Shown: positions 21,001-24,046, counted from the stretch's first letter. The stretch: DNA of 60,362 nt from an uncultured virus (IMG/VR IMGVR_UViG_3300010885_064105) (IMGVR_UViG_3300010885_064105:62001-122362); one strand, 5' to 3'. A program made the numbers and translations. Notes: generated by a model not told the origin, from the letters alone.

Positions 21001-21514
21001 TAGCCGATCCAGCAGCTGATGCACTTCTCATTGCAGCAGCTAAAGCATTGATGGCTCCTGTAGCATTGGTGGCTGAGGTTATTATCTGATTAAGATTAGC
21101 ATTTAATCCTCTTAAATTGTTACTATATGTTGTAACAGCAGTAGTATTGAATCTAACATTAACATTAGCATTAATTGATCCTAATTGTCTTCTGATGTCA
21201 GCCGCCATTGTTCTTATTGATGACTGATTGGCCCTAACGTTAATATTAGCACTAACCCCACTTAACTGTCTTCTTATATCTGATCCAATACTTCTTAATG
21301 ATGATGTATTGGCTTTGATCTTAACATCACATATTATATTAGACAGCTGACTTCTTATTACACTAGCAACATTACGGACAGATTGTCTAGTAACTACCGG
21401 AGTAATATCTGCGGATACAGATCCAATTTGCCTGCGAATATCCGCAACAACAGTCCTTATATTTGAAGGACCGCGCAAGTTGATTTCTGCTGTAAGATTA
21501 AATCCTTTGCTCAT
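1..21514 (-). CDS. Giant tape measure protein / multi-effector polyprotein (>7170 aa, 3' end beyond the left edge)
   Basis: ATG at 21514-21512 with AGGA SD at 21526-21523. Hand translation in this frame gives MSKGFNLTAEINLRGPSNIRTVVADIRRQIG... and ends ...GTGGAVPPGAVPNANLQLT at base 2, with no stop seen. The ORF track lists no minus-strand ORF in this frame, as expected for a frame with no stop in the window. It lies directly downstream of tube and chaperone-like genes. Confidence 0.93.
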   Translation of the reverse strand, partial: MSKGFNLTAEINLRGPSNIRTVVADIRRQIGSVSADITPVVTRQSVRNVASVIRSQLSNIICDVKIKANTSSLRSIGSDIRRQLSGVSANINVRANQSSIRTMAADIRRQLGSINANVNVRFNTTAVTTYSNNLRGLNANLNQIITSATNATGAINALAAAMRSASAAGSAINNTAINVGNVSRAANNTRNSITLASNEMVEFGRQSGLAFRRFSAITTVTSVIYGLTNAVSQGVKSFIDFDLQMTRISQVTGDSRNKLADVANTITDLSTKLGVSSNELTTTTVTLAQAGLTAKDTATALKALALSALAPSFDDMNQTVEGSIALMRQFGIGANQLEMALGSVNAVSAKFAVEASDIITAIQRTGGVFAAASRGVSTGTEALNEFIAVFTSIRATTRESAETIATGLRTIFTRIQRAGTIEALQEFGVTLTDLEGKFVGPYIAVQRLSEGLSRLDPRDLKFSQIVEELGGFRQIGKVLPLIQQFATAQDALKVAQQGQGSLATDAAKGQLALAIQIQKVREEFLALIRSIGDTSSFQNIVKVGLDLASALIKVADATKGVLPLLTLFAAFKGITAATQYIGGFSQGIRGNGGGARRANEGGRIYAFASGGLVPGYGNGDTVSAKLTPGEFVMSKPAAQSIGVGNLHSLNRSRGGSIFPKNYYQGGVAALKSLSPGESGNRISDYIDYYENETSKTSKQKTGRKNKLNRQSPKMLRGFQLKDNVNSDIERRVIGESEIKEAVANNANFRRYINSRAAKDKSREFYAAQGVAFEEFLFQHILEGKQYEKAPKNNYPLDFIPKTPGLPPVEAKFTYEQVPDAFILNKRLRYNLLRRNNEKISPLTRKQKPDNIQLGPTIVYEMGPGLKNKIFTPNSSESQKRGREERAQKSLLKIDKLGLERNNGGSIQKFGIGGSTDAISTYKATSMKLNRSLMLGTPLTKEEQKNVKDLKKQTTDKLPKQLYSGIGENRLNLIKNQVGDKLPKSVGKSFTLPGFLSTSLDSSIAMEFARQGLLSILTNPKKKGINTNKRVSTDYDLEKEFILPPNSKFKILSAKEERSSARPGSSLMRSKASLNVQQLASGGSIQRFMAGEMVRRTKKERFKKITESDAAKLTASQIITGLTTGQTGPVRVEGMDVGMMRTILGKRNTTPDIQRKKDEILKAYTRRINGEVDQRLGITNQKQAAGLLFGIAGLYGSPFKPTDMVVGDKGELKNITTVQVMGGVPRKKLMDKAGIGIDDLDAYGKDFRKSVKKGAKRLLVSDILSQLGLGKALYADFDKTLVFGADNLPDLQSFNNKRQVGRQLLSEKARLSTLGQKLRDLLLVKPQLSPYVNVLTARPPSTVGLLQAFLKRQNLNIPRSQFTGVGGNNLNESAIAKLKAAELPPGSVFVDDNGKNTKEAELKSKSLKAKGEAGIKVFRYKSARNPLDQPGEDTAAGLAFQESLRGLLSDKRAMAAFAETGGKSIDFPLGLGKRAALFGLKPNIPTDAKRTLNGPSTAKDNITNYLKVRGYNSGGIIQKFETGGATDSLRQYQLRSKDLHSAVISNKPDKTKSNQIKDLDSSMIDSLPKILYSGFKENRRKIIDQDIDPNKDYKSQLMNKTFSFPSFLSTSINYDSAKRFAGSNGGVLHIRPTGKGANVLERTGNKGKSALYDMEAEYLLPRNSRFKINRVLDTTGPLGWRSDWGAPNFLEAEVKSFKNGGNIRRFADAGLVPAPKLIQRGGFKYSLEDIIKAGFTEAQFMKQIPAPGGYGEQWQIGGYGEGSIPMPPSLQPYKAPPSVVQDRVDLARSNVQNRMADAVRRDGRTLRDYEVSSDQKAFKKMRGYAIGGSTQDTVPALVSNGEAFVPPETAKNIGYDKLREMNQADRNGMRSFAGGGISLFKGPGSGTSDSIGPVGLPVGGFVIRAAATKALGLSKGGAVQRFAFGGSPRAVPNISGMSDARALSVVGVTDNVTGQLENLATVLQELGVRSGDSARIIQSGIQATYQQAIRATEADIRRARLAGASAEQISQAENQLADIRRQAQQDIQTRRTLGGLSGNQLQSIESNAQEERDRIRTNTRNRLAARGMSQEDINTRLQENAGAIDRQAYSRASSRAGVNLRANGLTGDDAQRFVRQSMGDPRILRQMDDQLRQQLRSSTAYTTASRTQQRQMSQSVEEEIRTRKDIVNKLARQRGQQAPGGDQRGNFGGMLGLSFGLQGIGSLLAQQINASASSSNASTAGAIQGGVTGLATGGMLVGGLQDMLGSRLSPAVSKLLGGFGLLATLAASVGQAFIEARNAAIEFEKNFQQKKLETAISDSQQLFEKLNTNIKNVDIQRSLASKLAEAGEAAKAGIEANNKLAKAFWVNLFDAFGSADQGAASQRSEILDKKGIMAYFRSTDLFGGGDKGRSKEYQSLIPEKARENSKSFAETSKLTTDLIGAKIQSGSSVEDIFKDPAWKKQAEVIARANAAVEQEILSIKNNANISDVEKEARINNIIAINAEQTIRQQASVIERQQQLKSLDNTINVYTRSLERMFQNMEQSIGRASFSLEQMSKDIDLASDSLQGQAKVGNIALTAINALQNPRAYSDQTVSNSRNVAAESFGIRSPEMVSLLGVGEKIESTVMSTINKSVNKNPGITEEALGSIVGRDVKEALANLSLPPDLVEKLSGEVGNVLKDFKKSGDEKLDYTQLSEKLGQLNKVVDSSRRAQEVAIKALEHYQNALNVYTQNINKTIDLQISANQRLRKATDIVADSELSLAKTLGKNISLENARTMVNSKVSAKTGGATNPNDIFDSINKLENTRVVQQAEQRSAGERGLSGQADFIKFTKNLSDTNIGLRENIDALKYLADNTDIAASAMEKIQEAQQKSSGRASFIEKLVTSTPEELNGLSSAFQRLQNNANGQINTINRSTGAQRAYYEALQNGASMMEAMKAAQAAFVNERKETLGALNDILPFLGNNQQAGNIKANVLESMLQESGMGVSPVFQQILNTLRNPELDPATQAAIAEYREGNNLQARANSLLAQLDSNLARDIANQSAKALANALSDVKINFEGSELKDLVNLVQQINGKLPLGAAPAAGKASGGVIYAAAGRAIDFKSQGTDTVPAMLTPGEFVVNRAATQSHLPLLNAINSNKYSSGGAVRYYSSGGYVSQNFKEEYKKNSDDLVQSKEKYIDPRSAAFREVKSVYAGPDKFVRGAQPKTIMAPVATASSGRASLDSIKSEDGINNLYLGEAPAILVEKNAHNQDVFNYGVINRPRAHLLDPLGSVVDKPFDTKNITKNKFIEYKNSFNQKLINSDLDSSTIVSSMPAVNDIKDIPESLISDQFYSPNVISNLPVGMIVTRNKTLGALSWNKESTEHAKVLKIYRLASDYADVSVVSNEDQGYYKIKSDLKMSDSSAQDRIKILTGDNSWITEKDNIKNIIKTQELNLKDLKQTQTFTSVDPDPTNPVFNNLFKAEDPNLSNLRQKLEILYSGAEGISLTGNELNFFNPSALSEDKENNITLLHVLNSKYKPILDKSLNSKQQADKIKTTFPKLMVGGAGLNNLPDADYKWARGYEFGIYDVADMGKMKTFPWVANEDPSVISQDIQAAIDNQAEQLKTKYGISTKPVSDFGSYKLKLPNPIGDVDLPYHMQYTEYTGPQIATDPSKADPNGFNLGANLNKALLITPNNKNPLSPYSQFKKYAQSTAYVDKILTGDEIFDKSHIELDKIPDFTTLAKGNIDRNQRDQLKQNLKGVQYSIDLDSLIDHTNHPILKNIPLFEDSPPNKQSYVFNIGEYLSTVADKVFTDRDNAAIKSVGEIDDKGQLADDTIKDNKLPDAVKNLARLSLGVFGRKRVPGLPGNWLYNSIRGIIQKPFKNSGVAQQAAGYTSGIFNNFGGYLSKLAPMTRNPNIYQQLKELFTLGSGAAMAFTGLASGDTRMIGQFQKLNLNAEDLFRSLGGASLFGRISSTALSGDYKAILGQQLEGAKIKTVGANGTLSLVSADKAIPEKYNDLVNIAFNPYNEFPSKDTRKDIIEKLTTDMINATDQVGMSYFDPNTQRFLYGNMTSLYNWYGGNGAWEGQDYFFDKNVDPDNAKRTQQVIDSFSGQDGQDAYTKGNIAHTTLGFASRYGSLPTDKWFVQRREAGLNAEARAVTDPNASKDPLRFATGGVVYAQEGQHINFQPRGTDTVPAMLTPGEFVINKAATQSNLPLLHAINNGGAKAYSNGGPVYLARGGLTVKEHFKPLDTNIFDSLDIDKNSILEDNEMPKNSILRYMADYRKGADNKLTKKELEEYNTDYDSHIDNYLSLDAQKKYNNINPQKQKLNGSFQLNNGDRISQIQFIQTYEAANKIGKQKSKWGARNTLEENFYSGDPNYPFSQATYDLEAHNNKLRLGVGPFNSKAFGYGVAQQIIPALLSLAGGGVGFALTAPFTPAAQIGGTIGGAIVGDQIGQVINEMIYNGFPSSWKKDINKKIEKYPESYEIGQWTGFAADIAMGGFADDFITKSASGLVKKKLTRQAIDEAIKSGSSLNKLIQVGNDTIPIEKTVDDLAESTGKEAASNSKKVNKSKSKKSEKAENKAKIDSLLKNMKIIGDEYNSKIGEAYNKGILRKYDSLAAGDIASAIQKTGDVRNQAAKFHFDDLLKSSPDYVDPSLLTKLTDNSPIYIAAQSQAKETFSRLGIDVSDDFGKLDANKMFDEYFNKEYDILSKNPLNEAAARQKQSILDEIAQKYDIDPSDFKRLKDKLDDIAVRPRRPGFKTIYGLTKTAIMIARMIKDRKIEQKKAQPYDMPEAQTVPAVADKAEAAASPNKDEPKTAETTPPKPQVVKPKDVGNLPKYWDELSYKEYLDTLIKSGKNPEIPDKKLFTTSAIYTKGKRTTALDSRDTTGIVGGNRVSLPKDPKEKAKLDAQINNIGQKLYTSSEIAYDSYSRLVTGKNKNIPLGDIIKGDLIDNYRQSIESMHELMSITNLDKFGTINFKLDKPLPGQSSNKKLGDIIDTLKAVRKGYKNDIVPSLVNEDAEPKEGETPEDANKRTQRSVVIDDSILDLFGRKFAPITETRPDAVPDNGKKFTGREVSDTARENDKFPFRTRITGAKGINSQYKSAYSYYRRILGEYNYHKNIGKLDRYIKGYKTTATVARTLASGGIVYASTGALIPYAPKGTDTVPAMLTPGEFVVNARSTAKNLPLLKSINNGGVQGLSSGGVAYLSRGGQPNDVSYGRFELSDDQAQFSHRSINPLTGNRTPENGDDLDKKYRINSGIYDYLTLRTTMPDWLTSLNNLSFDDNSMRFFSDASFYKTLTQIREANDLRSLQSLSYNFVKGFKYRDYNKDNRLTGFDFTSHLSKTDGILGLIDPDVGGDLQPKDLVKWTTTKAKLQAKSSAARVVKNLTPDLENLRDILSDQKPMGKNNNPEFKNRNHYESPAALLNSTVSEWKKQRQQQKNRVNLRQEELTESKDGRQITMPPHLNMNFDEINVADVVKDILAKKKTPYTENLVSWLENNVKTVSEKVADLVPVPKASEEWDAADAERPRVILDLIKNGPEAFMTGLKGETKEGKSKSLIYSLLAQSARIQGINNLIKARSLFSGSETSVRKGETNFTGDMARRDRNLVYKDQTRTPENFEERENNVSRSGQVKTLTPADNSAIPGSGPNGEQTSDERRETSNRARMANGRGNSAIRGIELWDTNRDGKISFEEWNQFRPEKEPELQRFFGASTFDALMGAYSSALKGLGLRDKNATDNFKPRTLKDYFKNIDKDNTGYIEQHEFSDMVGKPLEYLDIETDREAKELGDTLGTQRDPRGAQKLAYDKIDRTTISSVKNLLKQDFKELYPVSFSKASHFSEREVIQPQIDALRKITGVSELDKINKRTILANIGSSLNKDNSDWGLSPKVEENLGNVMVKIKQDSLLFPGVVNKAYTQGLATPQDLLHNPDINYEKTLKRSGIPEDIFKTIWQDYKPVSKFDNPNSKDSLDKIYKLNNELNSQEIGEDKERTTAAALSQKSNAKKRSAKKELTKNTLIEQLLVKAKYFEPDVYNKLWRGQYKDYYDVPDPTLARHVDMYNTLIPSGETGRLSKPSADQEKEYRNRLKDISKNPIYANKGMLIPYQPRGTDTVPAMLTPGEFVINRAATQQNLPLLHAINSGAKTYSSGGIVYAANGDLIGSSNSSSNSDLSKISAVASLVPKILSKVKDSDKIKSNLDTINNNVILNHKQGKILNDKISLLNNKIDMGLGDIQENIPTDNYLSNIPNYFSNNLSRSSSYGLNHGGIVYAANGKLVNYQPQGTDTIPAMLTPGEFVVNARATSANLPLLQTINKSKGGIAYLQQGGLPNNRDFLENNRDLQRFTSRIGLKAARDIINHKDMYDIFNNNMFHEDLDVDAKIVESKRYIDSHITDRSKIAARELVKQRIRQRQRYLDQIFTANRFTLDEISFGGRDRELRYTLFGIELKEILTTQWRNAQGENYRLQDVIEGINPSRPPSFFNNGGVVYAQDGFDPSKQRMPTLFDLPQDFRKPHKPYKPDVKPKPGLAGASIGAPEKVSATTQRAIDSKVWEQTPQDIPYWFGTRKESETERQQRVIEYGLNENLPEWYKNAGMAWQMVENIAQGWAGTGGAGHQQPRLMQRVKGSRTPLTGQRPNIPVPGYGASNPNTLNDLTTSNVTRPMVRTGDTLDNATTDAGLRRRVSSPKDALQNASTNSMSRPKPISNQDSFGNESTNAGSNPKLQLAPLSSSLGGTTSNSNVSQPAVPSSSSSKGILGKILEYIKKPFVKQQTDEDPRMPVFMTKKPDSVTEGNIQKLLSDRQVGYTGSSLLAGRNAKPGMLKEVDKYLRDAGIDPSSMKFVGSGRESMVFDAGNGKVFKLGYTQNRDVQNILKSPDLEALSLPSDVPGVAGYTGRQNIGPYTVGFQQRTQTLDPEAQKQFQTGNVGAEMQKYLREKGYEWKDAHQGNVGYATDPRFGIPTPMGSLQVIDGDVRPIQAKQKGGMIYASQGTLVNYQPRGTDTVPAMLTPGEFVVNAQATRQNLPLLQSINKSKGGVIYSANGGLVGLLRRKNVNRMENKAQSTNESNSWIGVNGDGKPMDKFGMPIDNLMDIYPSDIMLVNAQSREKALEDIQANTNFDKVKDTVQKASVLWRKQKLNLDENNNRKSDSDIVLDELIYQIAFEPKRFDKNSYSSDADDTVLAKAKKIMEEINGTGGAVPPGAVPNANLQLT
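506..700 (-). repeat. Long linker module, copy 8
   Basis: KGGMIYASQGTLVNYQPRGTDTVPAMLTPGEFVVNAQATRQNLPLLQSINKSKGGVIYSANGG. Confidence 0.92.
705..1150 (-). other. Protein-kinase-like (PKL fold) domain within the tape measure polyprotein
   Basis: Motifs in the expected order: Gly loop FVGSGRESMVF, beta3 Lys KVFKL, catalytic loop WKDAHQGNVG, Mg-binding LQVIDGD. Confidence 0.8.
2648..2845 (-). repeat. Long linker module, copy 7
   Basis: HGGIVYAANGKLVNYQPQGTDTIPAMLTPGEFVVNARATSANLPLLQTINKSKGGIAYLQQGG. Confidence 0.92.
3155..3345 (-). repeat. Long linker module, copy 6
   Basis: IYANKGMLIPYQPRGTDTVPAMLTPGEFVINRAATQQNLPLLHAINSGAKTYSSGGIVYAANG. Confidence 0.92.
4322..4590 (-). other. Two canonical EF-hand Ca2+-binding loops within the polyprotein
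   Basis: LWDTNRDGKISFEEW (about 4535-4580) and FKNIDKDNTGYIEQHEF (about 4325-4375), both matching DxD/NxD/TGxIxxxE. Confidence 0.8.
5993..6205 (-). repeat. Long linker module, copy 5
   Basis: LASGGIVYASTGALIPYAPKGTDTVPAMLTPGEFVVNARSTAKNLPLLKSINNGGVQGLSSGGVAYLSRGG. Confidence 0.92.
8918..9135 (-). repeat. Long linker module, copy 4
   Basis: RFATGGVVYAQEGQHINFQPRGTDTVPAMLTPGEFVINKAATQSNLPLLHAINNGGAKAYSNGGPVYLARGG. Confidence 0.92.
12123..12330 (-). repeat. Long linker module, copy 3
   Basis: KASGGVIYAAAGRAIDFKSQGTDTVPAMLTPGEFVVNRAATQSHLPLLNAINSNKYSSGGAVRYYSSGG. Confidence 0.92.
12350..15740 (-). other. Second helical tape-measure-like segment with a hydrophobic, TM-like stretch
   Basis: Ala/Gln/Leu/Ser-rich, coiled-coil-like sequence. 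Gly-rich hydrophobic block at about 14710-14965 (FGGMLGLSFGLQGIGSLLAQ...GGVTGLATGGMLVGGL...LLGGFGLLATLAASVG) is typical of TMP membrane segments. Confidence 0.7.
15742..16052 (-). repeat. Long linker module, copy 2 (divergent, doubled)
   Basis: GYAIGGSTQDTVPALVSNGEAFV...RSFAGGGISLFKGPGSGTSDSIGPVGLPVGGFVIRAAATKALGLSKGGAVQRFAFGG. Confidence 0.8.
16430..16945 (-). other. ADP-ribosyltransferase-like domain 2 (VIP2/C3/Alt-like R-S-E class)
   Basis: LPKILYSG...FSFPSFLSTSINYDSAKRFAG...GGVLHI...DMEAEYLLPRNSRFKINRV: STS motif and ExE-x-LLPR motif. The usual beta1 Arg is Ser. Confidence 0.85.
16990..17230 (-). other. Possible PD-(D/E)xK nuclease-like domain 2
   Basis: AGLAFQESL...SIDFP...IPTDAKRT resembles helix1 GxxFE, PD and (D/E)xK motifs; degenerate. 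Confidence 0.45.
17260..17710 (-). other. HAD-superfamily phosphatase domain
   Basis: Motif I LYADFDKTL, motif II VLTAR, motif III Lys (AKLK), motif IV VFVDDN, all in order. Confidence 0.85.
18290..18775 (-). other. ADP-ribosyltransferase-like domain 1
   Basis: DAISTYKATSMKLNRSL...LPKQLYSG...GKSFTLPGFLSTSLDSSIAMEFA...DLEKEFILPPNSKFKIL. Confidence 0.85.
18900..19400 (-). other. PD-(D/E)xK (restriction-endonuclease-fold) nuclease-like domain 1
   Basis: QGVAFEEFLF...NYPLDFI...PVEAKFT. Confidence 0.6.
19515..19720 (-). repeat. Long linker module, copy 1
   Basis: NEGGRIYAFASGGLVPGYGNGDTVSAKLTPGEFVMSKPAAQSIGVGNLHSLNRSRGGSIFPKNYYQGG. Confidence 0.85.
19760..20900 (-). other. Tape measure core domain (TP901/PhageMin_Tail-like)
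   Basis: FIDFDLQMTRISQVTG...LSTKLGVSSNEL...LAQAGL...VNAVSAKFAVEASDIITAIQRTG...RESAETIATGLRTIFTRI...LQEFGV. Confidence 0.9.
21140..21463 (-). repeat. Four tandem 27-aa repeats at the TMP N-terminus
   Basis: NIRTVVADIRRQIGSVSADITPVVTRQ / SVRNVASVIRSQLSNIICDVKIKANTS / SLRSIGSDIRRQLSGVSANINVRANQS / SIRTMAADIRRQLGSINANVNVRFNTT. Confidence 0.85.
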
Positions 21515-21526
21515 ATTTTAAGTCCT

Positions 21527-21567
21527 AAAAAAAGAACACCATGCAAGCTAAATGCCGCATGGTGCTC
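21527..21567 (-). terminator. Intrinsic terminator-like hairpin
   Basis: Minus strand reads GAGCACCATGC, 12-nt loop, GCATGGTGTTC, then TTTTTTT: 11-bp stem with one G-U pair. Confidence 0.75.
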
Positions 21568-21600
21568 AAGGTTATAAAACCAATATTAATTATTAAGAAA

Positions 21601-22491
21601 TCACTCTGCTTTAGGAGTTTCTGGAGTTGCTTCTGGTACAGTTGTGGTTTTGTTGGTATCATCAGTTTTATTCTCTTCCGTAACTGGTTTTTCTTTTTCC
21701 AAAACAACTGGTTTTCCTTCATCGTCTAGGAATGGTTCTGAATCTACAACATAATCTCCATCAACGTCCACCCTATTTCCATACTTATCGACATAATTAC
21801 CCTGCTCATCAATATATCGTCCTCGTTCATCAATAAGCTTTCCGTCAACATCAACTAGTCTGCCCTTCTTATCAATTAAACGAAGTTTTTCATCAACAAA
21901 CTTATACTTATGCAAAAACTTATTTTCTGGCAAGCCTTTTTCAAAGTTATTATCCAATCCATAAACCATATTAGCCAATTTTTGAGCACCCAATAAAGAC
22001 ACAGGATCATCTGACTTATTTAGGTAATCTTCCAAATTCTTAAAATAAGGCTCATTAGTATCTTTATACACCACGCAAGCTGATACTAAATAGTTAAATC
22101 TGGCATTATCTGCTTGACCTTCTGCGCTATGATTATCTAAACTGGTTCTTACACTAATGAGATCTCTTATTTCTGATCTAATCTCTTTCATTTGTAGAGC
22201 TAGTTTCTTAGCGTCGCTCAGACTAAAACCACCCTTAGCAAGTCTTTTTTCTCCGTCTAGTAATTCCTGTTGCAGAGATGTGAACTTGGCCTGTTTTTCA
22301 TTATTCCATAAGCCCTGTTCTTCTAGAAGATCATCCATTTTAGCTCGTACTATGCTCTTACTCTTGATAGCATCAGTAAAAGCCTGATTGTATGCCTTTT
22401 GAGCTTCTCTTTGGTCATTTAAAGAGGGAGAACGAACAACATAATGATTTTCAACGCCATCTACAACAACACTAAAATTTTCTGTTTTCAT
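21601..22491 (-). CDS. Putative tail assembly chaperone (296 aa)
   Basis: Directly upstream of the TMP; helical N-half; C-terminal 7-residue xDxxGxx repeats (IDKKGRL VDVDGKL IDERGRY IDEQGNY VDKYGNR VDVDGDY). Function is inferred from synteny only. Confidence 0.55.
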   Translation of the reverse strand: MKTENFSVVVDGVENHYVVRSPSLNDQREAQKAYNQAFTDAIKSKSIVRAKMDDLLEEQGLWNNEKQAKFTSLQQELLDGEKRLAKGGFSLSDAKKLALQMKEIRSEIRDLISVRTSLDNHSAEGQADNARFNYLVSACVVYKDTNEPYFKNLEDYLNKSDDPVSLLGAQKLANMVYGLDNNFEKGLPENKFLHKYKFVDEKLRLIDKKGRLVDVDGKLIDERGRYIDEQGNYVDKYGNRVDVDGDYVVDSEPFLDDEGKPVVLEKEKPVTEENKTDDTNKTTTVPEATPETPKAE

Positions 22492-22508
22492 ATTGATATC
22501 CTTTTCCT

Positions 22509-22835
22509 TTATTTATGATTTTCATGATTATTATTATTATTATTATTATTATTTTTATTCACTTTAAAAGTATAGTGGTAGTTACTCTTAAAAACTCCAC
22601 CATAGCGATTAAAATCAATATCCAAATTTCTTATTTGTTTGTTTCCATGATTTAATATATCGTTTCTTGTAAAATCCCAAATATCGGCAAACTTTTCTTC
22701 TTCCTCTGTGAGTTCTCCATCTTTATTATGTCCCCACAAAAATCCAAAATTTTGTTCTATTCTTGCAAGAGTACCTATCATTGTGGTCTCGATTCTACGT
22801 TCCATATAAAATTTTAGTCGCTCTGGTTCATACAT
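22509..22835 (-). CDS. Hypothetical protein with C-terminal poly-Asn
   Basis: 108-aa ORF tightly packed in the operon; (AAT)9 at 22527-22553. Confidence 0.75.
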   Translation of the reverse strand: MYEPERLKFYMERRIETTMIGTLARIEQNFGFLWGHNKDGELTEEEEKFADIWDFTRNDILNHGNKQIRNLDIDFNRYGGVFKSNYHYTFKVNKNNNNNNNNNHENHK

Positions 22836-22838
22836 AAA

Positions 22839-23873
22839 TTATCTTCCTTTACTCTGAAGTTGTTGCATAATTCTTTGTTTAACATCCGGCAATTCTCCGT
22901 CCCTTACTCTTCCTTTTGACATAACAGTATCAACTTTGGTTTTTATAATACCCAAAGAGTCCTGAGCATTTAGTCCCAAAATATCTTCTGCTTGATCCTT
23001 ATTTCCAGCCATCAAGAATATTTCGCTAGAGTTCTTAATTTTTCCTGACAACATACTATCTACACCCTTTTCTTTCTTTTGTAGATCATTTTTTTGTTTT
23101 TGAAACATCATCCAACCATCCAAAGCATCGTCATCATTAATAATATCATCCTGTGGACATTCTGGATGCTCATATATTTTATCATACATACAAGAGATAT
23201 TAATCAAACTTTTTTGTTCTTCTGACCAATCCCTAATAGGACTATCTATAACATTTGTTTTATTATTACTCCAATAATTTTTCCAATAATCACATCGTGC
23301 TATCATTTTATATGTTGTTACATCTATCATATTTTTAGAAATTACAGATATAATATTATTAAAATTTACATAATCAATATTATTTTTTTTAAATACTAAA
23401 TCATTACTTTTATTATACAATGTATTACTAATAATAAATTCATGCCTAATATTATCACAATAGTTTTCTAATGTTAAAAAATCTAAACTATGTTGTTTTG
23501 AGTATATGTTTTCAATATCATTTTTAAGATTAGATATGCGAGTTTTTATTTTAGATCTTTTAGTAATATCAAAATAGTTTTTAAATAAATCTATCTTAGC
23601 ATTCTCTAAGCTTTTTTCAATTTTTTGCAATATTTTTTTACTATCATAGTACAGAATATTTAATTCTATTAATAAATTATCTATATCTTCAGCTAACCAA
23701 AAATTTTCATTATATAAATTATCTTCGTATGTTGAAGCATATAGAAAATCTGCTTCCATCTTAATATCTAAAGATGATTTCCTAAGCTCATAATAATTAC
23801 TATCAAGAAAAAATATTAATTTACCTGATAGTATTCTATGCACTAATTTTTCAGTATTCCTGGATTCATTCAC
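22839..23873 (-). CDS. Hypothetical protein, possibly tail assembly chaperone-related
   Basis: 344-aa ORF, GTG start overlapping the upstream TGA; lies between tube and TMP genes. Confidence 0.7.
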   Translation of the reverse strand: MNESRNTEKLVHRILSGKLIFFLDSNYYELRKSSLDIKMEADFLYASTYEDNLYNENFWLAEDIDNLLIELNILYYDSKKILQKIEKSLENAKIDLFKNYFDITKRSKIKTRISNLKNDIENIYSKQHSLDFLTLENYCDNIRHEFIISNTLYNKSNDLVFKKNNIDYVNFNNIISVISKNMIDVTTYKMIARCDYWKNYWSNNKTNVIDSPIRDWSEEQKSLINISCMYDKIYEHPECPQDDIINDDDALDGWMMFQKQKNDLQKKEKGVDSMLSGKIKNSSEIFLMAGNKDQAEDILGLNAQDSLGIIKTKVDTVMSKGRVRDGELPDVKQRIMQQLQSKGR

Positions 23874-24022
23874 ATTATGCTATCTTTAGAAATAATAGAA
23901 GCCTGCAAGCTAGAAAGATCCTTTTGTTGATCTTCTAGTTTTTTTTGCAGGCTTTCTATAATTTTTTGACTCTGTACAAGATCCAGATACATTTTGCCAA
24001 TTACAGCAAATATATCATCCAT
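23870..24022 (-). CDS. Small coiled-coil protein (50 aa), not in the ORF track
   Basis: GAGGA SD, then MDDIFAVIGKMYLDLVQSQKIIESLQKKLEDQQKDLSSLQASIISKDSIM*. Its TGA overlaps the next GTG (GTGA). Confidence 0.75.
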   Translation of the reverse strand: MDDIFAVIGKMYLDLVQSQKIIESLQKKLEDQQKDLSSLQASIISKDSIM

Positions 24023-24046
24023 ATTATTTATCCTCTTAATTATATA

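Noticed and set aside
1..21514. Apparent 21-kb gene desert, suggesting stop-codon reassignment or a pseudogene
   Set aside because: One minus-strand frame reads through under the standard code and is missed only because its stop lies outside the window. Other genes end normally in TAA, TAG and TGA.
21525..21729. ORFs 21525..21722 (-) and 21541..21729 (+) as a G/GT-type frameshift extension
   Set aside because: They overlap the chaperone C-terminus and run through the terminator hairpin, and the product looks non-protein-like. No convincing conserved slippery site could be established, although A-rich runs mean it is not fully excluded.
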